This document shows, in pieces, positions 1 through 18,164 of a stretch of DNA of 64,000 nucleotides. Position numbers and translations under genes: made by a program. The stretch is from Eledone cirrhosa (Eukaryota), in assembly GCA_964016885.1 (NCBI GenBank), contig OZ024740.1, positions 40,176,001-40,240,000 on the forward strand, given 5' to 3'. Every line of letters starts with the position of its first letter. Within the stretch, counting starts at the first letter, position 1. Below the pieces are notes generated by a model. It was not told the origin of the DNA, did no database searches, and was given only the letters and a program-made list of their open reading frames with translations.

Positions 1-3000
1 CTGACACGTTACAATACAATACACAGTTATTGACACATTAGAATACAATACACAGTTATTGACACATTACAATACAATACCATACACAGTTACCGACACA
101 TTACAATACACAGTCACTGACACATTACAATACAATACACAGTTATTGACCCATTACAATACAATACACAGTTATTGACACATTACAATACAATACACAG
201 TTACTGACACATTACAATACAATACACAGTTATTGACACGTTACAATACAATACACAGTTACTGACACATTACAATACAATACACAGTTATTGACACATT
301 AGAATACAATACACAGTTACTGACACATTACAATACACAGTTATTGAGACATTACAATACAATACAGTTATTGACACATTAGAATACAATACACAGTTAC
401 TGACACATTAAAATACACAGTTACTGACACGTTACAATACAATACACAGTTATTGACAAATTACAATACAATACCATACACAGTTACCGACACATTACAA
501 TACACAGTCACTGACACATTACAATACAATACACAGTTATTGACCCATTGCAATACAATACACAGTTATTGACATTACAATACAATACACAGTTATTGAC
601 ACGTTACAATACAATACACAGTTACTGACACATTACAATACAATACACAGTTATTGACACATTAGAATACAATACACAGTTATTGACACATTACAATACA
701 ATACCATACACAGTTACCGACACATTACAATACACAGTCACTGACACATTACAATACAATACACAGTTATTGACCCATTACAATACAATACACAGTTATT
801 GACACATTACAATACAATACACAGTTACTGACACATTAGAATACAATACACAGTTACTGACACATTACAATACACAGTTATTGAGACATTACAATACAAT
901 ACAGTTATTGACACATTAGAATACAATACACAGTTACTGACACATTAAAATACACAGTTACTGACACGTTACAATACAATACACAGTTATTGACAAATTA
1001 CAATACAATACCATACACAGTTACCGACACATTACAATACACAGTCTCTGACACATTACAATACAATACACAGTTATTGACCCATTGCAATACAATACAC
1101 AGTTATTGACATTACAATACAATACACAGTTATTGACACGTTACAATACAATACACAGTTACTGACACATTACAATACAATACACAGTTATTGACACATT
1201 AGAATACAATACACAGTTACTGACACATTACAATACAATACACAGTTATTGACACATTACAATACAATACACAGTTATTGACACGTTACAATACAATACA
1301 CAGTTATTGACACATTACAATACAATACACATTTACTGACACATTAGAATACAATACACAGTTACTGACACATTACAATACACAGTTATTGACACGTTAC
1401 AATACAATTCACAGTTACTGAGTCATTTGAATACAATACACAGTTATTGACACATTACAATATAATACACAGTTACTGACACATTACAATACAATACACA
1501 GTTATTGACACATTACAATACAATACACATTTACTGACACATTAGAATACAATACACAGTTATTGACACATTACAATACAATACACAGTTACTGACACAT
1601 TAGAATACAATACACAGTTATTAACACGTTACAATACAATACACAGTTACTGACACGTTACAATACAATACACAGTTATTGACACATTACAATACAATAC
1701 ACAGTTATTGACACATTACAATACACAGTTATTGACACATTAGAATACAATACACAGTTATTGACACATTACAATACAATACACAGTTATTGACACATTA
1801 CAATACACAGTTATTGACACATTAGAATACAATACACAGTTATTGACACATTACAATACAATACACAGTTACTGACACATTAGAATACAATACACAGTTA
1901 TTGACACATTACAATACAATACACAGTTATCGACACATTAGAATACAATACACAGTTACTGACACATTAGAATACAATACACAGTTATTGACACATTACA
2001 ATACAATACACAGTTACTGACACATTACAATACAATACACAGTTATTGACACATTACAATACAAGACACAGTTATTGACACATTACAAGACAATACACAG
2101 TTATTGACACATTACAATACAATACACAGTTACTGACACATTAGAATACAATACACAGTTATTGACACATTACAATACAATACACAGTTACTGACACATT
2201 AGAATACAATACACAGTTATTGACACATTACAATACAATACACAGTTATTGACACATTACAATACAATACACAGTTACTGACACATTAGAATACAATACA
2301 CAGTTATTGACACATTACAATACAATACACAGTTATTGACACATTACAATAGAATACACAGTTATTGACACATTACAATAGAATACACAGTTATTGACAC
2401 ATTACAATACAATACAGTTATTGACACATTAGAATACAATACACAGTTACTGACACATTACAATACACAGTTACTGACACGTTACAATACAATACACAGT
2501 TATTGACACATTAGAATACAATACACAGTTATTGACACATTACAATACAATACCATACACAGTCACTGACACATTACAATACAATACACAGTTATTGACC
2601 CATTACAATACAATACACAGTTATTGACACATTACAATACAATACACAGTTACTGACACATTACAATACAATACACAGTTATTGACACATTAGAATACAA
2701 TACACAGTTACTGACACATTACAATACACAGTTATTGAGACATTACAATACAATACAGTTATTGACACATTAGAATACAATACACAGTTACTGACACATT
2801 AAAATACACAGTTACTGACACGTTACAATACAATACACAGTTATTGACAAATTACAATACAATACCATACACAGTTACCGACACATTACAATACACAGTC
2901 ACTGACACATTACAATACAATACACAGTTATTGACCCATTGCAATACAATACACAGTTATTGACATTACAATACAATACACAGTTATTGACACGTTACAA

Positions 3001-6000
3001 TACAATACACAGTTACTGACACATTACAATACAATACACAGTTATTGACACATTACAATACAATACACAGTTATTGACACGTTACAATACAATACACAGT
3101 TATTGACACATTACAATACAATACACATTTACTGACACATTAGAATACAATACACAGTTACTGACACATTACAATACACAGTTATTGACACGTTACAATA
3201 CAATTCACAGTTACTGAGTCATTTGAATACAATACACAGTTATTGACACATTACAATATAATACACAGTTACTGACACATTACAATACAATACACAGTTA
3301 TTGACACATTACAATACAATACACATTTACTGACACATTAGAATACAATACACAGTTATTGACACATTACAATACAATACACAGTTACTGACACATTAGA
3401 ATACAATACACAGTTATTGACACGTTACAATACAATACACAGTTACTGACACGTTACAATACAATACACAGTTATTGACACATTACAATACAATACACAG
3501 TTATTGACACATTACAATACACAGTTATTGACACATTAGAATACAATACACAGTTATTGACACATTAGAATACAATACACAGTTATTGACACATTACAAT
3601 ACACAGTTATTGACACATTAGAATACAATACACAGTTATTGACACATTACAATACAATACACAGTTACTGACACATTAGAATACAATACACAGTTATTGA
3701 CACATTACAATACAATACACAGTTATTGACACATTAGAATACAATACACAGTTACTGACACATTAGAATACAATACACAGTTATTGACACATTACAATAC
3801 AATACACAGTTACTGACACATTACAATACAATACACAGTTATTGACACATTACAATACAAGACACAGTTATTGACACATTACAAGACAATACACAGTTAT
3901 TGACACATTACAATACAATACACAGTTACTGACACATTAGAATACAATACACAGTTATTGACACATTACAATACAATACACAGTTACTGACACATTAGAA
4001 TACAATACACAGTTATTGACACATTACAATACAATACACAGTTATTGACACATTACAATACAATACACAGTTACTGACACATTAGAATACAATACACAGT
4101 TATTGACACATTACAATACAATACACAGTTATTGAAACATTACAATACAATACACAGTTACTGAAACATTACAATACAATACACAGTTACTGACACATTA
4201 CAATACAATACACAGTTATTGACACATTACAATAGACAGTTATTGACACATTACAATACAATACACAGTTATTGACACATTACAATAGAATACACAGTTA
4301 TTGACACATTACAATACAATACACAGTTATTGACACATTATAATACAATACACAGTTACTGACACATTACAATACACAGTTATTGACACATTACAATACA
4401 ATACAGTTATTGACACATTAGAATACAATACACAGTTACTTACACATTACAATACACAGTTACTGACACATTACAATACAATACACAGTTATTGACACAT
4501 TAGAATACAATACACAGTGATTGACACCTTAGAATACAATACACTGTTACTGACACATTACAATACAAAGTTATTGACACATTACAATACAATACCACAC
4601 ACAGTTACCGACACATTATAATACACAGTTACTGACACATTACAATACAATACACAGTTATTGACACATTACAATACAATACACAGTTACTGCCACATTA
4701 CAATACAATACACAGTTACTGACACATTACAATACAATACACAGTTATTGACACATTACAATACAATACACAGATACTGACATTACAATACAATACACAG
4801 TTACTGACACATTACAATACAATACACAGTTATTGACACATTACAATACAATACACAGTTACTGAGACATTACAATACAATACACAGTTATTGACACATT
4901 AGAATACAATACACAGTTATTGACACATTAGAATACAATACACAGTTATTGACACATTACAATACAATACACAGTTACTGACACATTACAATACAATACA
5001 CAGTTATTGACACATTACAATACAATACACAGTTACTGACACATTAGAATACAATACACAGTTATTGACACGTTACAATACAATACACAGTTACTGACAC
5101 ATTACAATACAATACACAGTTATTGACACATTACAATACAATACACATTTACTGACACATTAGAATACAATACACAGTTATTGACACATTACAATACAAT
5201 ACACAGTTACTGACACATTAGAATACAATACACAGTTATTGACACATTATAATACACAGTTATTGACACATTAGAATACAATACACAGTTACTGACACAT
5301 TAGAATACAATACACAGTTATTGACACATTACAATACAATACACAGTTATTGACACATTAGAATACAATACACAGTTATTGACACATTACAATACAATAC
5401 ACAGTTATTGACAGATTACAATACATGACACAGTTATTGACACATTACAATACAATACACAGTTATTGACACATTACAATACAATACACAGTTACTGACA
5501 CATTAGAATACAATACACAGTTATTGACACATTACAATACAATACACAGTTACTGACACATTAGAATACAATACACAGTTATTGACACATTACAATACAA
5601 TACACAGTTATTGACAGATTACAATACGATACACAGTTACTGACACATTAGAATACAATACACAGTTATTGACACATTACAATACAATACACATTTACTG
5701 ACACATTAGAATACAATACACAGTTATTGACACATTACAATACAATACACAGTTATTGACACATTAGAATACAATACACAGTTATTGACACATTACAATA
5801 CAATACACAGTTATTGACACATTACAATAGAATACACAGTTATTGACACATTACAATAAAATACACAGTTACTGACACATTACAATACACAGTTATTGAC
5901 ACATTACAATACAATACAGTTATTGACACATTAGAATACAATACACAGTTACTGACACATTACAATACACAGTTACTGACACGTTAGAATACAATACACA

Positions 6001-9000
6001 GTTATTGACACATTACAATACAATACCATACACAGTTACCGACACATTACAATACACAGTTACTGACACATTACAATACAATACAGAGTTATTGACACAT
6101 TACAATACAATACACAGTTATTGACACATTACAATACAATACATAGTTATTGACACATTAGAATACAATACACAGTTACTGACACATTACAATACAATAC
6201 ACAGTTATTGACACATTACAATACAATACAATACACAGTTACTGCCACATTACAATACAATACACAGTTACTGACACATTACAATACAATACACAGTTAT
6301 TGACACAATACAATACACAGTTACTGACACATTAGAATACAATACACAGTTATTGACACATTAGAATACAATACACAGTTATTGACACATTACAATACAA
6401 TACACAGTTACTGACACATTAGAATACAATACACAGTTATTGACACATTACAATACAATACACAGTTATTGACACATTAGAATACAATACACAGTTACTG
6501 ACACATTAGAATACAATACACAGTTATTGACACATTACAATACAATACACAGTTACTGACACATTACAATACAATACACAGTTATTGACACATTACAATA
6601 CAAGACACAGTTATTGACACATTACAAGACAATACACAGTTATTGACACATTACAATACAATACACAGTTACTGACACATTAGAATACAATACACAGTTA
6701 TTGACACATTACAATACAATACACAGTTACTGACACATTAGAATACAATACACAGTTATTGACACATTACAATACAATACACAGTTATTGACACATTACA
6801 ATACAATACACAGTTACTGACACATTAGAATACAATACACAGTTATTGACACATTACAATACAATACACAGTTATTGAAACATTACAATACAATACACAG
6901 TTACTGAAACATTACAATACAATACACAGTTACTGACACATTACAATACAATACACAGTTATTGACACATTACAATAGACAGTTATTGACACATTACAAT
7001 ACAATACACAGTTATTGACACATTACAATAGAATACACAGTTATTGACACATTACAATACAATACACAGTTATTGACACATTATAATACAATACACAGTT
7101 ACTGACACATTACAATACACAGTTATTGACACATTACAATACAATACAGTTATTGACACATTAGAATACAATACACAGTTACTTACACATTACAATACAC
7201 AGTTACTGACACATTACAATACAATACACAGTTATTGACACATTAGAATACAATACACAGTGATTGACACCTTAGAATACAATACACTGTTACTGACACA
7301 TTACAATACAAAGTTATTGACACATTACAATACAATACCACACACAGTTACCGACACATTATAATACACAGTTACTGACACATTACAATACAATACACAG
7401 TTATTGACACATTACAATACAATACACAGTTACTGCCACATTACAATACAATACACAGTTACTGACACATTACAATACAATACACAGTTATTGACACATT
7501 ACAATACAATACACAGATACTGACATTACAATACAATACACAGTTACTGACACATTACAATACAATACACAGTTATTGACACATTACAATACAATACACA
7601 GTTACTGAGACATTACAATACAATACACAGTTATTGACACATTAGAATACAATACACAGTTATTGACACATTAGAATACAATACACAGTTATTGACACAT
7701 TACAATACAATACACAGTTACTGACACATTACAATACAATACACAGTTATTGACACATTACAATACAATACACAGTTACTGACACATTAGAATACAATAC
7801 ACAGTTATTGACACGTTACAATACAATACACAGTTACTGACACATTACAATACAATACACAGTTATTGACACATTACAATACAATACACATTTACTGACA
7901 CATTAGAATACAATACACAGTTATTGACACATTACAATACAATACACAGTTACTGACACATTAGAATACAATACACAGTTATTGACACATTATAATACAC
8001 AGTTATTGACACATTAGAATACAATACACAGTTACTGACACATTAGAATACAATACACAGTTATTGACACATTACAATACAATACACAGTTATTGACACA
8101 TTAGAATACAATACACAGTTATTGACACATTACAATACAATACACAGTTATTGACAGATTACAATACATGACACAGTTATTGACACATTACAATACAATA
8201 CACAGTTATTGACACATTACAATACAATACACAGTTACTGACACATTAGAATACAATACACAGTTATTGACACATTACAATACAATACACAGTTACTGAC
8301 ACATTAGAATACAATACACAGTTATTGACACATTACAATACAATACACAGTTATTGACAGATTACAATACGATACACAGTTACTGACACATTAGAATACA
8401 ATACACAGTTATTGACACATTACAATACAATACACATTTACTGACACATTAGAATACAATACACAGTTATTGACACATTACAATACAATACACAGTTATT
8501 GACACATTAGAATACAATACACAGTTATTGACACATTACAATACAATACACAGTTATTGACACATTACAATAGAATACACAGTTATTGACACATTACAAT
8601 AAAATACACAGTTACTGACACATTACAATACACAGTTATTGACACATTACAATACAATACAGTTATTGACACATTAGAATACAATACACAGTTACTGACA
8701 CATTACAATACACAGTTACTGACACGTTAGAATACAATACACAGTTATTGACACATTACAATACAATACCATACACAGTTACCGACACATTACAATACAC
8801 AGTTACTGACACATTACAATACAATACAGAGTTATTGACACATTACAATACAATACACAGTTATTGACACATTACAATACAATACATAGTTATTGACACA
8901 TTAGAATACAATACACAGTTACTGACACATTACAATACAATACACAGTTATTGACACATTACAATACAATACAATACACAGTTACTGCCACATTACAATA

Positions 9001-12000
9001 CAATACACAGTTACTGACACATTACAATACAATACACAGTTATTGACACAATACAATACACAGTTACTGACACATTAGAATACAATACACAGTTATTGAC
9101 ACATTACAATATAATACACAGTTACTGACACATTACAATACAATACACAGTTATTGACACATTACAATACAATACACATTTACTGACACATTAGAATACA
9201 ATACACAGTTATTGACACATTACAATACAATACACAGTTACTGACACATTAGAATACAATACACAGTTATTGACACATTACAATACAATACACAGTTATT
9301 GACACATTAGAATACAATACACAGTTACTGACACATTAGAATACAATACACAGTTATTGTCACATTACAATACAATACACAGTTATTGACACATTACAAT
9401 ACAATACACAGTTATTGACACATCACAATACAAGACACAGTTATTGACACATTACAAGACAATACACAGTTATTGACACATTACAATACAATACACAGTT
9501 ACTGACACATTAGAATACAATACACAGTTATTGACACATTACAATACAATACACAGTTACTGACACATTACAATACAATACACAGTTATTGAAACATTAC
9601 AATACAATACACAGTTACTGACACATTACAAGACAATACACAGTTATTGACACATTACAATACAATACAATACACAGTTACTGACACATTAGAATACAAT
9701 ACACAGTTATTGACACATTACAATACAATACACAGTTATTGACACATTACAATACCATACACTGTTACTGACACTTTAGAATACAATACACAGTTATTGA
9801 CACATTACAATACAATACACAGTTATTGACACATTACATTACAATACAATGTTACTGACACATTACAATACAATACACAGTTATTGACACATTACAATAC
9901 AATACACAGTTACTGACACATTACAATACAATGCACAATTATTGACACATTACAATACAATACACAGTTATTGACACATTCCAATACAATACACAGTTAC
10001 TGACACATTACAATACAATACACAGTTACTGACACATTACAATACACAGTTACTGACACATTACAATACAATACACAGTTACTGACACATTACAATACAA
10101 TACACAGTTATTGACACATTACAATACAATACACAGTTATTGACACATTACAATACAATACACAGTTACTGACACATTACAATACACAGTTACTGACACA
10201 TTACAATACAATACACAGTTACTGACAGATTACAATACAATACACAGTTATTGACACATTACAATACAATACACAGTTATTGACACATTACAATACAATA
10301 CACAGTTACTGACACATTACAATACAATACACAGTTACTGACACATTACAATACACAGTTACTGACACATTACAATACAATACACAGTTACTGACACATT
10401 ACAATACAATACACAGTTATTGACACATTACAATACAATACACTGTTACTGACACATTAGAATACAATACACAGTTATTGACACATTACAATACAATACA
10501 CAGTTATTGACACATTACAATAGAATACACAGTTATTGACACATTACAATACAATACACAGTTATTGACACATTATAATACAATACACAGTTACTGACAC
10601 ATTACAATACACAGTTATTGACACGTTACAATACAATTCACAGTTACTGAGTCATTTGAATACAATACACAGTTATTGACACATTACAATACACAGTTAC
10701 TGACACATTACAATACAATACACAGTTATTGACACATTACAATACAATACACATTTACTGACACATTAGAATACAATACACAGTTATTGACACATTACAA
10801 TACAATACACAGTTACTGACACATTAGAATACAATACACAGTTATTGACACATTACAATACAATACACAGTTACTGACACGTTACAATACAATACACAGT
10901 TATTGACACATTACAATACAATACACAGTTATTGACACATTACAATACACAGTTATTGACACATTAGAATACAATACACAGTTATTGACACATTACAATA
11001 CAATACACAGTTATTGACACATTACAATACACAGTTATTGACACATTAGAATACAATACACAGTTATTGACACATTACAATATAATACACAGTTACTGAC
11101 ACATTAGAATACAATACACAGTTATTGACACATTACAATACAATACACAGTTATTGACACATTAGAATACAATACACAGTTACTGACACATTAGAATACA
11201 ATACACAGTTATTGACACATTACAATACAATACACAGTTACTGACACATTACAATACAATACACAGTTATTGACACATTACAATACAAGACACAGTTATT
11301 GACACATTACAAGACAATACACAGTTATTGACACATTACAATACAATACACAGTTACTGACACATTAGAATACAATACACAGTTATTGACACATTACAAT
11401 ACAATACACAGTTACTGACACATTAGAATACAATACACAGTTATTGACACATTACAATACAATACACAGTTATTGACACATTACAATACAATACACAGTT
11501 ACTGACACACTAGAATACAATACACAGTTATTGACACATTACAATACAATACACAGTTATTGAAACATTACAATACAATACACAGTTACTGAAACATTAC
11601 AATACAATACACAGTTACTGACACATTACAATACAATACACAGTTATTGACACATTACAATAGACAGTTATTGACACATTACAATACAATACACAGTTAT
11701 TGACACATTACAATAGAATACACAGTTATTGACACATTAGAATACAATACACAGTTATTGACACATTATAATACAATACACAGTTACTGACACATTACAA
11801 TACACAGTTATTGACACATTACAATACAATACAGTTATTGACACATTAGAATACAATACACAGTTACTTACACATTACAATACACAGTTACTGACACATT
11901 ACAATACAATACACAGTTATTGACACATTAGAATACAATACACTGTTACTGACACATTACAATACACAGTTATTGACACATTACAATACAATACCACACA

Positions 12001-15000
12001 CAGTTACCGACACATTATAATACACAGTTACTGACACATTACAATACAATACACAGTTATTGACACATTACAATACAATACAATACACAGTTACTGCCAC
12101 ATTACAATACAATACACAGTTACTGACACATTACAATACAATACACAGTTATTGACACATTAGAATACAATACACAGTTATTGACACATTACAATACAAT
12201 ACACAGTTACTGACACATTACAACACAATACACAGTTATTGACACATTACAATACAATACACAGTTACTGAGACATTACAATACAATACACAGTTATTGA
12301 CACATTAGAATACAATACACAGTTATTGACACATTAGAATACAATACACAGTTATTGACACATTACAATACAATACACAGTTACTGACACATTACAATAC
12401 AATACACAGTTATTGACACATTACAATACAATACACAGTTACTGACACATTAGAATACAATACACAGTTATTGACACGTTACAATACAATACACAGTTAC
12501 TGACACATTACAATACAATACACAGTTATTGACACATTACAATACAATACACATTTACTGACACATTAGAATACAATACACAGTTATTGACACATTACAA
12601 TACAATACACAGTTACTGACACATTAGAATACAATACACAGTTATTGACACATTACAATACACAGTTATTGACACATTAGAATACAATACACAGTTACTG
12701 ACACATTAGAATACAATACACAGTTATTGACACATTACAATACAATACACAGTTATTGACACATTACAATACAATACACAGTTATTGACACATTACAATA
12801 CAATACACAGTTACTGACACATTAGAATACAATACACAGTTATTGACACATTACAATACAATACACAGTTATTGACAGATTACAATACATGACACAGTTA
12901 TTGACACATTACAATACAATACACAGTTATTGACACATTACAATACAATACACAGTTACTGACACATTAGAATACAATACACAGTTATTGACACATTACA
13001 ATACAATACACAGTTACTGACACATTAGAATACAATACACAGTTACTGACACATTAGAATACAATACACAGTTATTGACACATTACAATACAATACACAG
13101 TTATTGACAGATTACAATACGATACACAGTTACTGACACATTAGAATACAATACACAGTTATTGACACATTAGAGTACAATACACAGTTACTGACACATT
13201 AGAATACAATACACAGTTATTGAGACATTAGAATACAATACATAGTTATTGACACATTACAATACAATACACAGTTACTGAAACATTACAATACAATACA
13301 CAGTTACTGACACATTACAATACAATACACAGTTATTGACACATTACAATACACAGTTATTGACACATTACAATACAATACACAGTTATTGACACATTAC
13401 AATAGAATACACAGTTATTGACACATTACAATACAATACACAGTTATTGACACATTATAATACAATACACAGTTACTGACACATTACAATACACAGTTAA
13501 TGACACATTACAATACAATACACAGTTATTGACACATTAGAATACAATACACAGTTATTGACACCTTAGAATACAATACACAGTTACTGACACATTACAA
13601 TACACAGTTATTGACACATTACAATACAATACCATACACAGTTACCGACACATTACAATACACAGTTACTGACACATTACAATACAATACAGAGTTATTG
13701 ACACATTACAATACAATACACAGTTATTGACACATTACAATACAATACATAGTTATTGACACATTAGAATACAATACACAGTTACTGACACATTACAATA
13801 CAATACACAGTTATTGACACATTACAATACAATACAATACACAGTTACTGCCACATTACAATACAATACACAGTTACTGACACATTACAATACAATACAC
13901 AGTTATTGACACATTAGAATACAATACACAGTTATTGACACATTAGAATACACAGTTACTGACATTACAATACAATACACAGTTACTGACACATTACAAT
14001 ACAATACACAGTTATTGACACAATACAATACACAGTTACTGACACATTAGAATACAATACACAGTTATTGACACATTACAATATAATACACAGTTACTGA
14101 CACATTACAATACAATACACAGTTATTGACACATTACAATACAATACACATTTACTGACACATTAGAATACAATACACAGTTATTGACACATTACAATAC
14201 AATACACAGTTACTGACACATTAGAATACAATACACAGTTATTGACACATTACAATACAATACACAGTTATTGACACATTAGAATACAATACACAGTTAC
14301 TGACACATTAGAATACAATACACAGTTATTGTCACATTACAATACAATACACAGTTATTGACACATTACAATACAATACACAGTTATTGACACATCACAA
14401 TACAAGACACAGTTATTGACACATTACAAGACAATACACAGTTATTGACACATTACAATACAATACACAGTTACTGACACATTAGAATACAATACACAGT
14501 TATTGACACATTACAATACAATACACAGTTACTGACACATTACAATACAATACACAGTTATTGAAACATTACAATACAATACACAGTTACTGACACATTA
14601 CAAGACAATACACAGTTATTGACACATTACAATACAATACAATACACAGTTACTGACATTAGAATACAATACACAGTTACTGACACATTAGAATACAATA
14701 CACAGTTATTGACACATTACAATACAATACACAGTTATTGACACATTACAATACCATACACTGTTACTGACACTTTAGAATACAATACACAGTTATTGAC
14801 ACATTACAATACAATACACAGTTATTGACACATTACATTACAATACAATGTTACTGACACATTACAATACAATACACAGTTATTGACACATTACAATACA
14901 ATACACAGTTATTGACACATTACAATACAATACACAGTTATTGACACATTACAATACAATACACAGTTATTGACACATTACAATACAATACACAGTTACT

Positions 15001-16696
15001 GACACATTACAATACACAGTTACTGACACATTACAATACAATACACAGTTACTGACAGATTACAATACAATACACAGTTATTGACACATTACAATACAAT
15101 ACACAGTTATTGACACATTACAATACAATACACAGTTACTGACACATTACAATACAATACACAGTTACTGACACATTACAATACACAGTTACTGACACAT
15201 TACAATACAATACACAGTTACTGACACATTACAATACAATACACAGTTATTGACACATTACAATACAATACACTGTTACTGACACATTAGAATACAATAC
15301 ACAGTTATTGACACATTACAATACAATACACAGTTATTGACACATTACAATAGAATACACAGTTATTGACACATTACAATACAATACACAGTTATTGACA
15401 CATTACAATACAATACCATACACAGTTACCGACACATTACAATACACAGTTACTGACACATTACAATACAATACACAGTTATTGACCCATTACAATACAA
15501 TACACAGTTACTGACACATTACAATACAATGCACAATTATTGACACATTACAATACAATACACAGTTATTGACACATTCCAATACAATACACAGTTATTG
15601 ACACATTACAATACACAGTTATTGACACATTAGAATACAATACAATACACAGTTACTGACACATTAGAATACAATACACAGTTACTGACACATTAGGATA
15701 CAATACACAGTTATTGACACATTACATTACAATACAATGTTACTGACACATTACAATACAATACACAGTTATTGACACATTACAATACAATACACAGTTA
15801 CTGACACATTACAATACACAGTTACTGACACATTACAATACACAGTTACTGACACATTACAATACACAGTTATTGACACATTAGAATACAATACACAGTT
15901 ATTGACACATTACAATACAATACCATACACAGTTACCGACACATTACAATACACAGTTACTGACACATTACAATACAATACACAGTTATTGACACATTAC
16001 AATACAATACACAGTTATTGACACATTACAATACAATGCACAGTTACTGACACATTACAATACAATACACAGTTATTGACACATTACAATACAATACACA
16101 GTTACTGACACATTACAATACAATACACAGTTATTGACACATTAGAATACAATACACAGTTACTGACACATTACAATACAATACACAGTTATTGACACAT
16201 TACAATACAATACACAGTTATTGACACATTAGAATACAATACACAGTTATTGACACATTAGAATACAATACACAGCTATTGACACATTACAATACAATAC
16301 ACAGTTATTGACACATTACAATACAATACACAGTTACTGACATTACAATACAATACACAGTTATTGACACATTACAATACAATACACAGTTATTGACACA
16401 TTACAATACACAGTTACTGACACATTAGAATACAATACACAGTTATTGACACATTTGAATACAATACACAGTTACTGACACATTACAATACAATACACAG
16501 TTATTGACACATTACAATACAATACACAGTTACTGATACATTACAATACAATACACAGTTATTGACACATTACAATACAATACACAGTTATTGACACATT
16601 ACAATACAATACACAGTTATTGACACAATACAATACACAGTTACTGACACAATACAATATACAGTTATTCACACATTACAATACACAGTTATTGAC
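1..16696. repeat. 29-bp tandem satellite, consensus GACACATTA(C/G)AATACAATACACAGTTA(T/C)T; truncated by the left window edge
   Basis: Read directly: continuous head-to-tail copies. 24-bp and 34-bp variants arise from loss or gain of the internal AATAC 5-mer. The array ends at 'cagttattgac' near 16696. Confidence 0.99.
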
Positions 16697-17005
16697 CAAT
16701 TGGAATTCTAGGAGAAATACAATATTGTTCAGCTAAATGAGATATGAAAGGAATATTAAGTCAGATTTAGAAAATAATATTCTTGAATTAATAATAATAA
16801 ATCTAATTCCATTTTCTTTTCTTTCCAGCCTCATGCTCAAGTAGAGATGTTACATTAATCAAATTCTTTGATATGTATATTTTAAATTCTTCTCAAAGTT
16901 AATTTCCAGAGTTCATAACTAAAGTTTCAAATTAGTAACTTTCTTTTGGATATTACACAAATATAAAACATACTTAATTCCTAGAAAATTATCTTAAAAA
17001 CAAAA

Positions 17006-18140
17006 CATCATCATCATCGTTTTACGTCCGTTCTTCCACACTAGCATGGGTTAGACGGGTTGTCCTGTTGTGGGCAGTGTCCGGTCGGCTGAGCATGTCT
17101 TGCTCATACGGGAACTGATTCTGGCTTGATTTCTACAGCTGGATGCCCTTCCTAACACCAACCTCATTGACAGTGAGTGCTGGGTGCTTTATTTGCCGTG
17201 GTACCTCCACGACCACTTTGTAGTGTGAGGGGGTGGGGGCATATTGTCTATATGCTTCAGCTTCGGCTTGTACCCGTGGAGGGTCGGGTCTTCTGTATTA
17301 CTGTGTGATGCCAGAGGTCACGGTCGTGTGTCATTGCCTTTGAGAGGTGTAATTGGTTAAGGTCGGCTTTTATCTCAGGTCTTCTTGGGTCTCCCGCTCC
17401 GCGGCTTCCATCGACTTCTAGTGCTCTGCACCTTTTTATGCAGCTGTCATCCTTCATATGCATCACATGTCCATACCAACGCAACCTCCTCTCCTGCACA
17501 CAGCATTTGATTCCTCTTATGCTCAGTCTCTTTCTCAATTCGTTTATGCTTTGCTGTTCGCGTATATTACTATTACACATCCATCGGAGCATGCAGGCTT
17601 CGTTTCTTTCTAATCTACGCAAGTCTTCTACAGACAGCTCACTACCATGTAACATTGCTGTTCGTATACATGCATCATACAGTCTGCCCTTCATTTTGAG
17701 GGAAAAGCCTTTTGCAGCTAGTAGTGGCTCCCTGAACTTCTTCCATCCCGTTCTTACCCTAGTTATTGTATTTTCCAAACACCCACCTCCGCTGCTAATT
17801 CGGTCACCTAGGTAGCAGAAGCTGTCTACTGTTTCTACAGACCCCTCCCAGAGTTTGGTGGTGCTTGTTTCCTGTGGCTGTTTGCTGTCCCAGCGCAGCT
17901 GCTACATGTGAAGCCTACATTCTTAGTTAAGCTTCCTGAGATCCCACTACATCTCTTGTGTACCCATTGTTTGCATTTGGGGAAGAGGATGGAGTTCAAA
18001 CCTACACCTTTCCTACATACTGAGCAAGGCCATTTCCCTGAGGGGATCTGGGTTCTGTTTTCTCCTCTACTGACAAGGACCTTAGTCTTTGTCAGGTTGA
18101 TTTTGAGACCCCTTCTTTCTAGTCCCTGCTTCCATAGTTC
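17006..18140 (-). mobile_element. 5'-truncated, frameshifted RTE-clade LINE (end of RT, Cys-rich insert, C-terminus, long 3' UTR, (GAT)n tail)
   Basis: Minus-strand translation gives LWKQGLERRGLKINLTKTKVL...WPCSVCRKGVGLNSI...WVHKRCSGI, a frameshift, then VDSFCYLGDRISSGGG...RVRTGWKKFRE...LYDACIRTAMLHGSE...RRLRWYGHVM (ORF 17257-17778), typical RTE motifs. A (CAT)n tail is seen on + at 17006-17018. Confidence 0.9.
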
Positions 18141-18164
18141 TGAAAATATTAATGAATACTCCCA

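Noticed and set aside
1320-14165. The 29-mer is one base from AATAAA on the sense strand, and the G-to-T variant appears only in 'ttact' monomers, never creating AATAAA
   Set aside because: The dozen or so occurrences probably descend from one or two mutations spread by block duplication, so they are not independent evidence of selection against a polyadenylation signal.
1-16696. Telomeric repeat, or common origin with the 67-bp satellite
   Set aside because: No TTAGGG/TTAGG units; shared sequence is limited to AATACACAG in similarly biased DNA.
16697-17005. Next ROGDI exon (expected F.P.LP.D...FYI-like) between the 29-bp array and the RTE
   Set aside because: No matching open frame with splice sites was found by eye; the region is AT-rich intron-like sequence.
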